A stretch of 64,000 nt of DNA from Planctomycetota bacterium (GCA_038227875.1 JBBRPR010000026.1:1-64000); one strand, 5' to 3'. Positions 37,749 through 48,320 are shown, numbered from the stretch's first letter. The notes: generated by a model not told the origin, from the sequence alone. Numbers and translations are program-made.

Positions 37749-40223
37749 TTAAAGTCCCCCGGCCTGAATCGCTTCCAGCGCGTCGATCGCGCGGCGGCGG
37801 AGGAGCGGGTTGCGTTGCTTCAATAGCTTTTGCAGCGACGGGACGGCGATGTCTCCGAAAGGCACCAGCGAACGGATCGATGCGCGGGCGACGAAATCTT
37901 CGCGATCGCCGAGTACGCGCAGCAGGACCGGGATGCTCTCCGGGTGGTCGGGCGCGTAGTTGCCGACGAGCTCCGCACAGACGGCGCGTTCGATGGGAAG
38001 TTTGCCGGGATCGCAATACTCCAGCAGTTTGGGAACCACGTCGGCTGGATCGGCCTTGAGCCGCGCGAGTACGCGCAGCGCCCAGTACGGCGCATCGCCT
38101 TCACCCAGCTTCAGCATTACGCGCAGTTGCGGCAGCGCCGGGTCGCCGATGCGTACCAGCGCGCCGTGAGCGCCGCGGCAGACGCCTTCGTCCGTGTCGA
38201 GTAGTTCCTGGCGCAGCGCATCGATCACCTGCTCCTTGTCGCCGTTGGCGGGAACTTTGATCTCGGCCAGCGCCCACGTCGCCCATTTTCGACGCTCGGC
38301 AAACAGGTCGCCGCGCAGCACGTACACCAGATAGGGCGCAGCCAGGGGATACGCTGGCGGTCCGATTACGCCCAGCCCTTCGAAGCCGGCGCGCGCATCG
38401 GAATCGACCATGCTCTTGGACAGTTCGACGAGATCCGGCACCGCCGTTGACGCCACCGCGCCCATCAGGCCCAGCACGTGCGCGGCGCGCGCGCGAATCG
38501 CGGCGTCGGGCGTTTTGAATTCAGCGGTGAGCGCCGCGACTGCATCGGGCCCAATCACGCGCAGTACGACGCTGAGCGTGTTTTCCAGATCCTTGTCCTT
38601 GGCGGTGCTCTCCGCGAGCGCCAATTTCAGGATGCGCGAGAGCGCCGGCTTCGCATCTTCGCCCAGGCCCGCCAGCGCAATTAGCGCAGCGCGTTGCGCG
38701 GCAGAGTCGTCCTTTTCCAACCACTGCTCAAAGGTATTGATCGCAACGCGCGAGTACTTTCCAAAATGAGCCAGGCTGCGCGCGGCCGCCATTTGCACTT
38801 TCGCGTCGGCGTCGTTGAGTGCTTCCAGCAGCGCGTTGGCAACGGGTTCGCCGGCGTCAGCGCGGGTGCGCAGCACTTCCGCTGCTTCCTGCCGCTGCCA
38901 GGCTTTGGCGCTTTTCATATCGGCCAGCAGTTGTTCGGTCGTCTCCGGCTCCATCGCCCACTTGTAGCGCGCATGATCGGCGGCCCGCGAGACGTTCAGG
39001 GCCGCCAGCGCCGCGGTGCGCTGCGCGGGCGAGCCTTCCGGATCAGTCTGGGCCATCCGTTCGAGCGCCTCTTTCGCCAGCGCGGCGGTCGGGCCATACG
39101 CGTCGAGCGCCTTGGCCGACGCGAGGCGCACGGCGGCGTCGGTATCCTGCACGCGCGAGATCAAATCGCTTACGGCATCCGTCGGTGGCGGCGTCAACTT
39201 CGCGAGAATGCCGACGAGGCGCAGCCGCCCAGCCGCGTTGGTGCTCTGCAGGCCGTGCCGGATCGCCGGCAGCGCCGCCGTGCCCGCCGCGGAGAGCCGC
39301 TTCGTTTCGAACTCATAGGGCGTGCGCGGAATTTTGTTGTCGTCGTTTCCGGCGAGGCTTTCGGGCAGCACATCCTGCTCGGTAAGCGAGAGCCGCTGCG
39401 CGAGCACATCCAGCAATGCCGGGTCCTTCGGCGCGATGCGCGCGGCGGCAGCGGTCAGCAGCAGATTCGCCTGCGGTTCGCGCTCGCGGGCCGCGGAGCG
39501 GAGCAGCGACGGCAAGGCTCGCGACGCCATCTTGCCGGACCGGCCCAGCGCCTCAGCGCAGAGCGCGCGAATGCCGGAGTCCGGGCGCTCCACGCCGCGG
39601 ATCAGCACGTCCAATCCCGGATCGCCCAGGCAGCGCAGCGCGATCGAGACGTCGCGCGCGTCATCGGGGTTGGTCAACATGCGGGAGAGGGTGGGGATGA
39701 CGGTGGAATCGAATTGCGCGACGGTCACTGCCGCGTCGATGGCTTCCGAACGGACTTCGCGCTTGCTGTCGCGCAGACCCGCCGCGACGGCGCGGATCAC
39801 GGCGCTCGATTGCGGATCAATTTGCGCCACCGCGTCCAGCGCCGCCGCGCGATGCGCCGGGGGCTGCGAGGGATCGTTGACGACCGCCAGCAGATCAGGC
39901 AGCGCGTCTTTGGCCGCCGGGCCGATGGCGCCGAGCGTCATGTAGGCCGAGCGCTGCACTTCCGGCTGCGCGCCGGCCTTGAACAGCCGCCGCAGTTCAT
40001 CCACCGCACCGACCGCGCCGGGTCCGAACTCAGCGATACAGAGCATCGCCAGCCGCCGCTGCTTTTCGTTCTCGAATCCCTTGAGGTGTTCGATCCACCC
40101 GTTGACGTCCTTATCGAGCACCTTCTGAACGGGCGCGGGATCGTAGATCGTCGGCGCATCTTCCGCGCGAAGTTGCAGTGCGAACAGTGAAGCGGCGAGG
40201 ATAGCGAGAAGATACCATTTCAT
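37749..40223 (-). CDS. Secreted HEAT/PBS-lyase repeat protein
   Basis: Signal peptide; many LGxIGPxAxxAxPxL and VRxxAAxAL repeats. Confidence 0.88.
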   Translation of the reverse strand: MKWYLLAILAASLFALQLRAEDAPTIYDPAPVQKVLDKDVNGWIEHLKGFENEKQRRLAMLCIAEFGPGAVGAVDELRRLFKAGAQPEVQRSAYMTLGAIGPAAKDALPDLLAVVNDPSQPPAHRAAALDAVAQIDPQSSAVIRAVAAGLRDSKREVRSEAIDAAVTVAQFDSTVIPTLSRMLTNPDDARDVSIALRCLGDPGLDVLIRGVERPDSGIRALCAEALGRSGKMASRALPSLLRSAAREREPQANLLLTAAAARIAPKDPALLDVLAQRLSLTEQDVLPESLAGNDDNKIPRTPYEFETKRLSAAGTAALPAIRHGLQSTNAAGRLRLVGILAKLTPPPTDAVSDLISRVQDTDAAVRLASAKALDAYGPTAALAKEALERMAQTDPEGSPAQRTAALAALNVSRAADHARYKWAMEPETTEQLLADMKSAKAWQRQEAAEVLRTRADAGEPVANALLEALNDADAKVQMAAARSLAHFGKYSRVAINTFEQWLEKDDSAAQRAALIALAGLGEDAKPALSRILKLALAESTAKDKDLENTLSVVLRVIGPDAVAALTAEFKTPDAAIRARAAHVLGLMGAVASTAVPDLVELSKSMVDSDARAGFEGLGVIGPPAYPLAAPYLVYVLRGDLFAERRKWATWALAEIKVPANGDKEQVIDALRQELLDTDEGVCRGAHGALVRIGDPALPQLRVMLKLGEGDAPYWALRVLARLKADPADVVPKLLEYCDPGKLPIERAVCAELVGNYAPDHPESIPVLLRVLGDREDFVARASIRSLVPFGDIAVPSLQKLLKQRNPLLRRRAIDALEAIQAGGL

Positions 40224-40320
40224 GCGCGGATGTCCTGAAGCCGGTAGCCGAGAACCAGAGGTGCGAAACGTCCCTTTAATAAGACTGTCCAGCGGCTGAA
40301 ATGAAAATCAAAATGTGAAA

Positions 40321-41595
40321 TTACTTGTCAGGGTGAATTTTTTTCGCGTAGGACTGCAACTGTTTGTTCTCGGATTTCTTTTGCTGATCCAGAATTCCAT
40401 CTAGGAATTGACGCCAATGCAATTCCCGAGTTTTAATTTGATCCGGAGTGAGATGTGCGCTCTCTGGATTGAATGAAAAGGCTTTGTATCCAATCGATTG
40501 TAACGTAACAAACTTAACCCAGGGATCACGCTCGTTTTCCCATGCCTTCATTACCTTTTCGTAGAGTTCCTCATCTGAATTTTCTAGTGCGGCAATCCAT
40601 AGCGACTGAATCGCGTCAGCACGAACTCCGCGTGACTTTTCATTCGGCATTAAAGCTAAAACGTCGCCTGATCGAGAATAGGAAAGGCAAGCAATTGCGA
40701 TACGCCGATTTTCGAGACTCGGTTCCGACTCGCTGATAATTTTGGATAGCGCAGCTAGGCAATCTGGCGACCATTTTTTCGAATCTGCTCTAGATTCGTG
40801 TGCACCGTTGAGCGCAATCGCTTTCTGGAATTGAGTGCCTCCCACCAGCGCCTTCATTGAAGGCTCCGTTTTCTGTTCATCCCAAATTCCTTCATTCTCT
40901 TTCACCAAGCGCTTCACCAACGTCTCATACGCCGACTTGTCAAAAACAACAGGAGCGGGAGCGGGGAATTTTGCGATCCAGTCCTCAATCAACTTCTTCT
41001 TGAGCGCGTAATTAGAATTCCCGCCTTCCGGAATTCCCATTTGAAGTTCAGGCCACCTTTTGAAGTTTTCGCGAGTGTCCCCAGCTGGAATGCTGGCGAT
41101 AAAATCCGCAATCAGCTTCTGTACGTCCTTGTCTGTCTCTGCGTCGATCCTTTTCTGGAGTTCTGGCGATACGCTAAAATCGAACACAAAAACCCAGCAG
41201 TAAGGATTCTCTGCCATCATCGCGCAACGGTAGGCTTTCATTCGAACACGTGGCGATGACTCGGATTCCAGTATTCTTAAACAGATGTCATGGATCGCCG
41301 CAACTGTGGACCATCGGCGATATGTTTCCGGATAAGGAAAGTAGGCATACACATCCAAAATCACTTCTTTTATTGCCGGACTTGCCTGCGGATCCAACAG
41401 GATTTGAGAATCCAACGCGCATTCCATAAACTGTGAAGCGGGAATCAAGGATTGGCCTGGGTCGGGCTTGAATAGATCTGAATTAAGAACGCCGGACCAC
41501 AACAGTCGTTGCTCATCCAATGCGGCATCACCTGCATTCGCCGCGAAGGCGATGCCCACAAGTAACATAATCACTATGGTGGCCGCTATACGCAT
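40321..41595 (-). CDS. Secreted hypothetical protein, low GC, weak HEAT-like segments
   Basis: 424-aa ORF, signal peptide ending AFA/ANA, GAGGGA RBS. Confidence 0.7.
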   Translation of the reverse strand: MRIAATIVIMLLVGIAFAANAGDAALDEQRLLWSGVLNSDLFKPDPGQSLIPASQFMECALDSQILLDPQASPAIKEVILDVYAYFPYPETYRRWSTVAAIHDICLRILESESSPRVRMKAYRCAMMAENPYCWVFVFDFSVSPELQKRIDAETDKDVQKLIADFIASIPAGDTRENFKRWPELQMGIPEGGNSNYALKKKLIEDWIAKFPAPAPVVFDKSAYETLVKRLVKENEGIWDEQKTEPSMKALVGGTQFQKAIALNGAHESRADSKKWSPDCLAALSKIISESEPSLENRRIAIACLSYSRSGDVLALMPNEKSRGVRADAIQSLWIAALENSDEELYEKVMKAWENERDPWVKFVTLQSIGYKAFSFNPESAHLTPDQIKTRELHWRQFLDGILDQQKKSENKQLQSYAKKIHPDK

Positions 41596-41634
41596 GGATT
41601 CCCTCGGTATTTATAAGTGTATTCCAATTCGGAT

Positions 41635-43395
41635 TTACTTCCCGCCGCCCGCCGCCAACTGTGCCGCGGACGGCGCGCCTTCCATCTGCATACGGTACAT
41701 TTGCGCGTAAAGGCCGTTGCCGTCGAGCAGTTCCTGGTGTGAGCCCTGTTCGATGCGCACGCCGTTTTCCAGAATCACGATCAGATCGCAGGCGCGGATG
41801 ATCGAGAGGCGGTGCGAGATCACGAAGGTGGTGCGGCCGGACATCAGGCGGTCGAGCGCCTGCTGGATGATCGCTTCGCTCTCCGGTTCCACGGCGCTGG
41901 TGGCTTCATCGAGGAGCAGAATCGCCGGATTGGCGAGGAACGCGCGCGCAATCGCGATGCGCTGGCGCTGGCCGCCGGACAGTTTCACGCCGCGCTCGCC
42001 GACCATCGTGTCGTAGCCCTTGGGCAGCTTCTCGATGAATTCGTGCGCGTTGGCGTCGCGGGCGGCGCGTTCGGCTTCTTCACGCGTGGCGCTGGGCCGG
42101 CCGAAACGGATGTTCTCCAAAATGGAATCGTTGAAGAGGAAACTTTCTTGCAGCACCATGCCAATCTGGCGGCGCAGCGACGATTGCGTTACGGATTTTA
42201 AATCATGCCCGTCGATGCTGATCGAACCGGATTGCGGATCGTAAAAACGCGGAATCAGATTCAGCAGGGTGCTCTTGCCCGCGCCGCTGGGGCCGGCCAG
42301 GCCCACGCGCGTTCCGGCCGGGACGCGCAGGGAGAGGTCTTTAACGATGCCGTTGCGCGAGGCATAGTTGAACGAGACGTGATGGAAGACGACTTCGCCT
42401 TTCACCTTCGGCAGTTCGATCGCGTTGGGCGCGTCGCTGAGTTCCGGCTTGGTGTCGAGCAGATCGAAGACACGGCCGCCCGCGGCGCTGGCGCGCTGTA
42501 GCATGTCGTTGATTCCCGCGATGGAATACACGGGACCGTACAATTGCCACCAGTAGCCGCGGCACGCAACGAGAACGCCGACCGAAACTTCCTTGTTCAT
42601 CACCAGGTACGCGCCGTAGCCGATGGAAATAAAGCTGCCGACGTGCGAGATGAATTGCACCGCCGGCATGAATTTCGTCCGCAGGGAGATACCGAGCAGA
42701 TTCTGCATGAAGAACGCGCGGATCGTCTCTTCGAATTTCGACGCCGCCTGTTCTTCGCGCGCAAAGGCCTTGACGCTCTGCACGCCCGTCAGATTTTCCT
42801 GCAGCTTGGAACTGACGTCGCCCAGCTTGTCGCGCGCGGCGCGGTAGACGGGTTTCACCTTCTTGTTGTAACGGTACATCAGCGTGAAGGTGACGAACAC
42901 CGGCGCGACCGTGGCGAGGCCCAGCTTCCAGTTGTAAAGGACCAGCACCACCGCGACGCCGATCATGCTCAGGATGTTGGAGAGAAAGCCGTCGATGCCG
43001 TTGATCACCACTTCCTGCAACGTATCGATGTCGCCGATGACGCGGGAGATCAAGTCGCCCGTGCGCCGGTCATGAAAAAAGGAGAGGCTCTGCGATTGCA
43101 GATGCGCGTAAAGCGAGCGGCGCAGTTCGAGCACGAATTTCTGGCCGGTCCGTTCCAGCAGCCACGAGCGCAGTCCACCGCAGAAGGCATTGAGCACGCC
43201 GCAGCCGAGCATCGCGAGAATCAGCGGCCAGAAGAGATCCGTCTGCTTCTTGTCGAGCACCTGGTCGACCATCTTCTGCCAGAAGACGGGCTGCAGCAGC
43301 ATTGCGCCGGTGCTCAGCAGCAGGCACAACAGTCCCACCATCAGCGAGAGGCGATAGGGGCGCAGCAATTTCAAGACACGGTAGAGGACGGACAC
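41635..43395 (-). CDS. ABC transporter fused permease/ATP-binding protein (MsbA-like exporter)
   Basis: Transmembrane N-half; GPSGAGKST, LSGGQRQR, LLLDEATS, ISHR. Confidence 0.95.
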   Translation of the reverse strand: MSVLYRVLKLLRPYRLSLMVGLLCLLLSTGAMLLQPVFWQKMVDQVLDKKQTDLFWPLILAMLGCGVLNAFCGGLRSWLLERTGQKFVLELRRSLYAHLQSQSLSFFHDRRTGDLISRVIGDIDTLQEVVINGIDGFLSNILSMIGVAVVLVLYNWKLGLATVAPVFVTFTLMYRYNKKVKPVYRAARDKLGDVSSKLQENLTGVQSVKAFAREEQAASKFEETIRAFFMQNLLGISLRTKFMPAVQFISHVGSFISIGYGAYLVMNKEVSVGVLVACRGYWWQLYGPVYSIAGINDMLQRASAAGGRVFDLLDTKPELSDAPNAIELPKVKGEVVFHHVSFNYASRNGIVKDLSLRVPAGTRVGLAGPSGAGKSTLLNLIPRFYDPQSGSISIDGHDLKSVTQSSLRRQIGMVLQESFLFNDSILENIRFGRPSATREEAERAARDANAHEFIEKLPKGYDTMVGERGVKLSGGQRQRIAIARAFLANPAILLLDEATSAVEPESEAIIQQALDRLMSGRTTFVISHRLSIIRACDLIVILENGVRIEQGSHQELLDGNGLYAQMYRMQMEGAPSAAQLAAGGGK

Positions 43396-43459
43396 GATTA
43401 AGGCGAAGCTCCTGGGACTGCAACGATACTATATACCGAGGCGCTGATTTTTGTAGTTC

Positions 43460-43579
43460 CGTGGTCCGGGCAATCCTGCCCGGTCGCCGACGGACGCGCG
43501 CGACCCATTCAAGAGACGCGTTGCCGGTAGGAGTGATAGCTCACTTTCAAGATGGACCGGGTGGGACGCCAGGACCACG
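43460..43579. repeat. REP doublet (REPIN-like)
   Basis: GTGGTCCGGGCAATCCTGCCCGGTC ... GACCGGGTGGGACGCCAGGACCAC, inverted. Confidence 0.7.
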
Positions 43580-43662
43580 AATACGCACGTGAATTCGCGC
43601 GCGATTGCGGTCTAATGCTTGCCAGGAATGTTTCACGAAATTCATCTGGAGCGCTCCACGCA

Positions 43663-44202
43663 ATGGCCTACTCCCTCTGCTGGCTTGCCGTTCACGGCAA
43701 GGTTACGGACATGATTCTCGATGAGCTGCAACTGCGCCGCACCGGCGAGCGTGAAAAGTCGGCGACGAAACTGGCCGGCGCGGAACTGCCGACAGGTTGG
43801 TACGTGGTCGTGAAGGATCAGGATGTCGAGCTGATGCGCGATCACCTGCTCAAAGAGATCTCGTTGCAGTGCGAATGCGTGGCGTGTTTTGTCGAAGACC
43901 GCTCGCACACGGCCAGCGCCGTCGGATGGAAGAACGGCCGCAAGGTCTGGTCGGCGCTCCATGACGGCCAGCAGGGCAAGGAACACCTGACGCTGCGCGG
44001 CGAATTTCCGGCGCTCTTTGGACCGATCCTGGAAGGCTTCAAAGCCAAACAGAAAGCCAGCGGCGGCGACTTTTACTTCGAAATTCCCATCGAGCTGGCG
44101 CGGGAAATCACCGGCTACCGCCACGACCTCCCGGTCGTCAGCAAGGAAAGTGAACCGTTCGAAATTCTGCAGTGGGTGCCGCCGCAGAAGGGTAAAAAGT
44201 AA
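43663..44202 (+). CDS. Hypothetical protein
   Basis: MAYSLCWLAV start after GGAG; typical codon bias. Confidence 0.7.
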   Translation: MAYSLCWLAVHGKVTDMILDELQLRRTGEREKSATKLAGAELPTGWYVVVKDQDVELMRDHLLKEISLQCECVACFVEDRSHTASAVGWKNGRKVWSALHDGQQGKEHLTLRGEFPALFGPILEGFKAKQKASGGDFYFEIPIELAREITGYRHDLPVVSKESEPFEILQWVPPQKGKK

Positions 44203-44205
44203 GGC

Positions 44206-44997
44206 TCAGTTGTCGGAGAGCCAGCAGCGCAGCCAGCGTTCGCAGGGCACCGTCCAGTTCTCGATCATTCCGGTGCCGTGTCCGCCCATCTGGTCGCGCA
44301 CGTATTCGTATGGTACGCCGGCGACGCGAAGACTTTCGGCGTAGAGATCGGAATTGAGCGGCGGCACGCCGGTGTCTTCCGTGGAGTGAACGAGAAACGC
44401 CGGCGGAGATTCGGCGCTCACCTGCTTTTCGTTGCTGAACAACTCCACCAGCTCCGGCGTCGGATTGGGACCGAGCAGCCCCTGGCGCGAGCCGGCGTGG
44501 CCTTCGGGCCCGAAGGTGATCACGGGATAAATCAGGATCTGCCCGTTTGGCCGCGACGAGACGCGCTCGATCGGATCGGCCGACGCCGCATCCCCCGCGG
44601 TGAAGTGCGTGGCGGCGCTGCTGGCCAGATGTCCACCGGCCGAGAAGCCCAGAATGCCGATGCGTTCGGGATCGATTTTGAGATCCGCCGCGTTTGCGCG
44701 GACCGTGCGGATGGCGCGTTGAACGTCGAGAATCTGCGCGGGGTAGTTGTACTTCGGAGCCAGCCGGTAGCGGAGCACGAACCCGGTGACACCGTTTTTC
44801 GCCAGCCATTCGGCGACGGGCGTGGCTTCGTGTGGCGCGAGGCGATGGTAGCCGCCGCCGGGACAGACGATCACGGCCGCGCCGGTGGATTCGGCGGTTG
44901 GCGAGATCAGTTGCAGCGCCGGACGATCTTCTTCGGCGTCACCTTTGGCGCCGGGCGCTCCGCCGGGCCACAGGTCTGTGTAAACGCGATCCACCAT
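44206..44997 (-). CDS. Alpha/beta hydrolase (carbohydrate esterase-like)
   Basis: CPGGGY, GFSAGGHLA, IYPVI, HSTED, GGHG. Confidence 0.9.
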   Translation of the reverse strand: MVDRVYTDLWPGGAPGAKGDAEEDRPALQLISPTAESTGAAVIVCPGGGYHRLAPHEATPVAEWLAKNGVTGFVLRYRLAPKYNYPAQILDVQRAIRTVRANAADLKIDPERIGILGFSAGGHLASSAATHFTAGDAASADPIERVSSRPNGQILIYPVITFGPEGHAGSRQGLLGPNPTPELVELFSNEKQVSAESPPAFLVHSTEDTGVPPLNSDLYAESLRVAGVPYEYVRDQMGGHGTGMIENWTVPCERWLRCWLSDN

Positions 44998-45103
44998 TCA
45001 CTGACTTCTCCGAAGCATTTCGCAAGGATGAGGATATACTAATGCGGTCTTCACAGAAGACCAGAGTCTTGATTCGAAGTGCGCAAACCAGGAGATAACT
45101 TCC

Positions 45104-45319
45104 ATGTGCCGAATCGCCGGAATGATGCTCTTGTGCACGCTGGTGCTGGCCGGTTGCGGAAACAGCCAGGAAGTGAAGGACACCGTGACGGCGCCGGTCG
45201 ATAACATTCAGAAAAATGTGGACTACCTTCAAGACACGCGCAAAGAACTGCGCGAGACGGCGGGCAAGAACGCGGATCAGACCAACAAGCAGATCGACGA
45301 CATTCTGAAGAAGAAGTAA
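45104..45319 (+). CDS. Small lipoprotein
   Basis: AGGAG RBS; LAGC lipobox; helical body. Confidence 0.75.
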   Translation: MCRIAGMMLLCTLVLAGCGNSQEVKDTVTAPVDNIQKNVDYLQDTRKELRETAGKNADQTNKQIDDILKKK

Positions 45320-45343
45320 GGCGCGGCTTGATAATGTGGATAT

Positions 45344-45490
45344 CAAGGAGCAAGCGGCCGTTTGCTTGCTCCTTGCTCAGCGCCACGAATACTCCATTGA
45401 ATACGCGTTCAGGTTTGAGACTATAAAACCGCTTGCGCGAGAGTCGCGCGCATAACAGCAAGGAGCAAGCATACGGCCGCTTGCTCCTTG
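45344..45490. repeat. REP doublet with about 32-bp inverted arms
   Basis: CAAGGAGCAAGCGGCCGTTTGCTTGCTCCTTG and an inverted copy with 1 mismatch. Confidence 0.8.
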
Positions 45491-45524
45491 ACACACGACC
45501 AGCGTCGTTCCCAAGAGCTATCGA

Positions 45525-47969
45525 TTGAAGTCCAAACCCGCACAACCCGATCTTTTCGCCGCGCTCGAGCCGCCAGCGCCTCCGGTTGCGCCGGTTCCTG
45601 TTGCAAAATTGACGGGTCGCTTCGCGGAGATCGCGGTCGAAGGGCCGGTGCGGGGGACGTTTACGTACCGGATTCCGGAACATTGGCCGACGCTGAGCCC
45701 CGGGGCGCGCGTGCTGGTGCCGTTTGGCAATCGGACGCTGGCGGGATTCTTTCTCGGCGAGTTCACGCCCGACGACATTCTCCGCCAGAACATCAATCCG
45801 GAAAAGCTGAAAGCCGCCACCAAGGTGCTCGGCGGAGCCAGCGGCGTGCCGCTGCTCACGCCCAGTTTGCTCGCGCTGGCGCGCTGGATGGCGCGGCACT
45901 ACGCCTGTCCGCTGGGCGCGACGTTAACGGCGATGTTACCCGCGGGCGTGAAGTCCGGCGCGGAGGGCGCGCGCATCCGGGTGGTCGTCGCGTTGAAGCC
46001 TGCTGCGGAATTGCTCGCCGAAGCGACCACGCGCGCCAAGCGGCGCCCGGCTCAGTCGGCGGTGTTGAAGGCACTTGCGGCAGTGAGCGGTCCGCCGCTG
46101 GCCGCTTCGGAGTTGCTCGAGAAAGCGCAGGCTTCCGACGCGGCCTTGAAAGCGCTCGCGAAGGCCGGGTTCTTGAAAATCAGTGAAGTGCGGCCGGACG
46201 ACGGCATCACCGACGACTCCGAACCGACAGAAGGCGAGTTGCACGATCTGTCGCTCAACGATGAGCAGCAGGCGGCGCTCAATCCCATTGAAGCGGCGCT
46301 AAGCGCCAACGTTTACGCAGGATTTTTGCTGCAGGGCGTGACGGGCAGCGGCAAGACGGAAGTTTATCTGCGCGCTCTGAAGACGGCGCTGGCGGCGGGC
46401 AAGCAGGGGATTGTGCTCGTCCCGGAAATTGCCCTGACGCCGCAGACGGCGCGGCGGTTTCAGGCGCGGCTGGGGCACGAACGCGTGGCGATTCTGCACA
46501 GCCATGTCACCGGCGGCGAACGCGCCGACGCGTGGCGCGCGATCCGCAACGGAGAAATCGATGTCGTCATCGGCGCGCGGTCGGCGCTCTTCGCGCCACT
46601 GCCGCGGCTGGGCATCATCGTCGTTGATGAGGAGCATGAGACGGCGTTCAAGCAGGAGAGCACGCCGCGCTATCACGCTCGCGATGTGGCTACGGAACTG
46701 GCGCGGATCACCAAGGCCGCGCTGATTCTCGGTTCGGCGACGCCGAGCCTCGAGTCGCTCCACGCCGCGCGATCCGGGGGGCTGCAGCACCTCCATTTGA
46801 ATCACCGCGTCGCCAACCGGCCGCTGCCGCCGGTTGAGATTGTCGACCTGAACGTCGAGAACGTCGAAGCCAAGCGCTACACCTACCTATCGAGACGTCT
46901 GAACGCGGCGCTCGATCAGACGTTGAAGCGTGGCGAGCAGGCGATTCTTTTCATGAATCGCCGCGGCTTCGCGACGGTCGTGACGTGTTTGCGCTGCGGG
47001 TACACTGAGAAGTGCGAGCAGTGCGATATCACGCTGACGACGCACCGCGGTTCGGAAAGCATCAAGCAGATGGCCGAGCACGCGCACGAGCGGAGCCTCG
47101 GTTTTCATGCGCGCTTGGAGAAGAAACCGGAACCGCCTGCGGAGACGTCGGAGTCGCTTAACTGCCATTACTGCAATTTCACCAAGCCCGTGCCGCTGGT
47201 ATGCACGGGCTGCGGCGCGCCGGGGATCAAGTTCTGGGGGTTGGGTACGGAACGCGTGGAACTGGAGGTGAAGAAGGCGTTCCCGCATGCGCGCGTGGCA
47301 CGCATGGATTCCGACACGATGGTCAAACGCACGGCCTACGCGGATGCGCTCACGGGTTTCCGGCAGGGGACGATCGATATTCTGGTGGGCACGCAGATGA
47401 TTGCGAAGGGATTGGACTTTCCCAACGTGACGCTTGTCGGCGTGGTGCTGGCCGATACGTCGCTGCACATGCCCGATTTCCGCAGCCGCGAGCGGACGTT
47501 TCAGTTGCTTGCGCAAGTCGCCGGGCGCGCGGGGCGGGGAGAGAAGGGCGGGATAGTAATCGTGCAGACGCACCTGCCGCAGGATCCGGCGGTACGCGCG
47601 GCGGCTCAGCACGATTTTGAAACCTTCGCGCTCGCGGAATTGAAAGAGCGCCGCGATTTCTCCTACCCGCCGTTCACCCGCATGGCGCGGGTGCTGATCC
47701 GTGGCAAAGATGCGGGGATTACAAAGACCGCGGCGGAGACCGCCGCCGCCGCGCTGCGCCAGCATGCGCTCAGCGATGGCACGCAGATTCTCGGGCCTTC
47801 GGAAGCGCCCATCGCGCGCATCGAAGGCTTCTTCCGCTGGCATATCGTGCTGAAAGCAAAATCGAGCGAGACGCTGGCGGAACTCTTCTCCGGCCCGACC
47901 GGCGATCAGCTTTCGAAACTCCGCGGCGCCGATGCAACGGTGGACATCGACCCGCTGTCGATGATGTAG
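45525..47969 (+). CDS. priA: Primosomal protein N' (replication restart helicase)
   Basis: VLVPFG, GVTGSGKTEVY, VPEIALTPQ, DEEH, four CxxC, GTQMIAKGLDFP, QVAGRAGR, YPPF. Confidence 0.97.
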   Translation: MKSKPAQPDLFAALEPPAPPVAPVPVAKLTGRFAEIAVEGPVRGTFTYRIPEHWPTLSPGARVLVPFGNRTLAGFFLGEFTPDDILRQNINPEKLKAATKVLGGASGVPLLTPSLLALARWMARHYACPLGATLTAMLPAGVKSGAEGARIRVVVALKPAAELLAEATTRAKRRPAQSAVLKALAAVSGPPLAASELLEKAQASDAALKALAKAGFLKISEVRPDDGITDDSEPTEGELHDLSLNDEQQAALNPIEAALSANVYAGFLLQGVTGSGKTEVYLRALKTALAAGKQGIVLVPEIALTPQTARRFQARLGHERVAILHSHVTGGERADAWRAIRNGEIDVVIGARSALFAPLPRLGIIVVDEEHETAFKQESTPRYHARDVATELARITKAALILGSATPSLESLHAARSGGLQHLHLNHRVANRPLPPVEIVDLNVENVEAKRYTYLSRRLNAALDQTLKRGEQAILFMNRRGFATVVTCLRCGYTEKCEQCDITLTTHRGSESIKQMAEHAHERSLGFHARLEKKPEPPAETSESLNCHYCNFTKPVPLVCTGCGAPGIKFWGLGTERVELEVKKAFPHARVARMDSDTMVKRTAYADALTGFRQGTIDILVGTQMIAKGLDFPNVTLVGVVLADTSLHMPDFRSRERTFQLLAQVAGRAGRGEKGGIVIVQTHLPQDPAVRAAAQHDFETFALAELKERRDFSYPPFTRMARVLIRGKDAGITKTAAETAAAALRQHALSDGTQILGPSEAPIARIEGFFRWHIVLKAKSSETLAELFSGPTGDQLSKLRGADATVDIDPLSMM

Positions 47970-47994
47970 TGTCGCGTAATGGCTCTTGGGCCTG

Positions 47995-48051
47995 GCGGGA
48001 AGGCTGAGCTCCTTCCGCAACGTTACCCGGCTCGAATGAGCCGGGACGTTG
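47995..48051. repeat. Paired hairpins between convergent genes
   Basis: GGAAGG/CCTTCC stem and CAACGT..CCCGGCTC-GAAT-GAGCCGGG.ACGTTG stem. Confidence 0.5.
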
Positions 48052-48083
48052 TAGGTTATTCAATTGGGATGAATCATTTCGGC

Positions 48084-48320
48084 TCAGCTGAACGCGGCGT
48101 GATGCTGCTCGTGTTCCTGCTCCTGCAGTTCCTCATTCCGGATTTCCTGGACATCTTCGCCTGAAACAGATTCCGATCCGGATTGTTTGAGCGCTGGAAT
48201 CGCGCCACAGCAGCAGCGCATCTGATCGGATTCGAATTCGGAATACTCGCAACTGTGCGTGATCGTGAAACTCAGGCGGCAGGCCGGGCATTCGTAGATA
48301 TCACCTTTTCGCGGCATCAT
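48084..48320 (-). CDS. Small Cys-rich metal-binding protein (desulforedoxin-like)
   Basis: KGDIYECPAC...C...CCCG; AAAGGAG RBS. Confidence 0.7.
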   Translation of the reverse strand: MMPRKGDIYECPACRLSFTITHSCEYSEFESDQMRCCCGAIPALKQSGSESVSGEDVQEIRNEELQEQEHEQHHAAFS

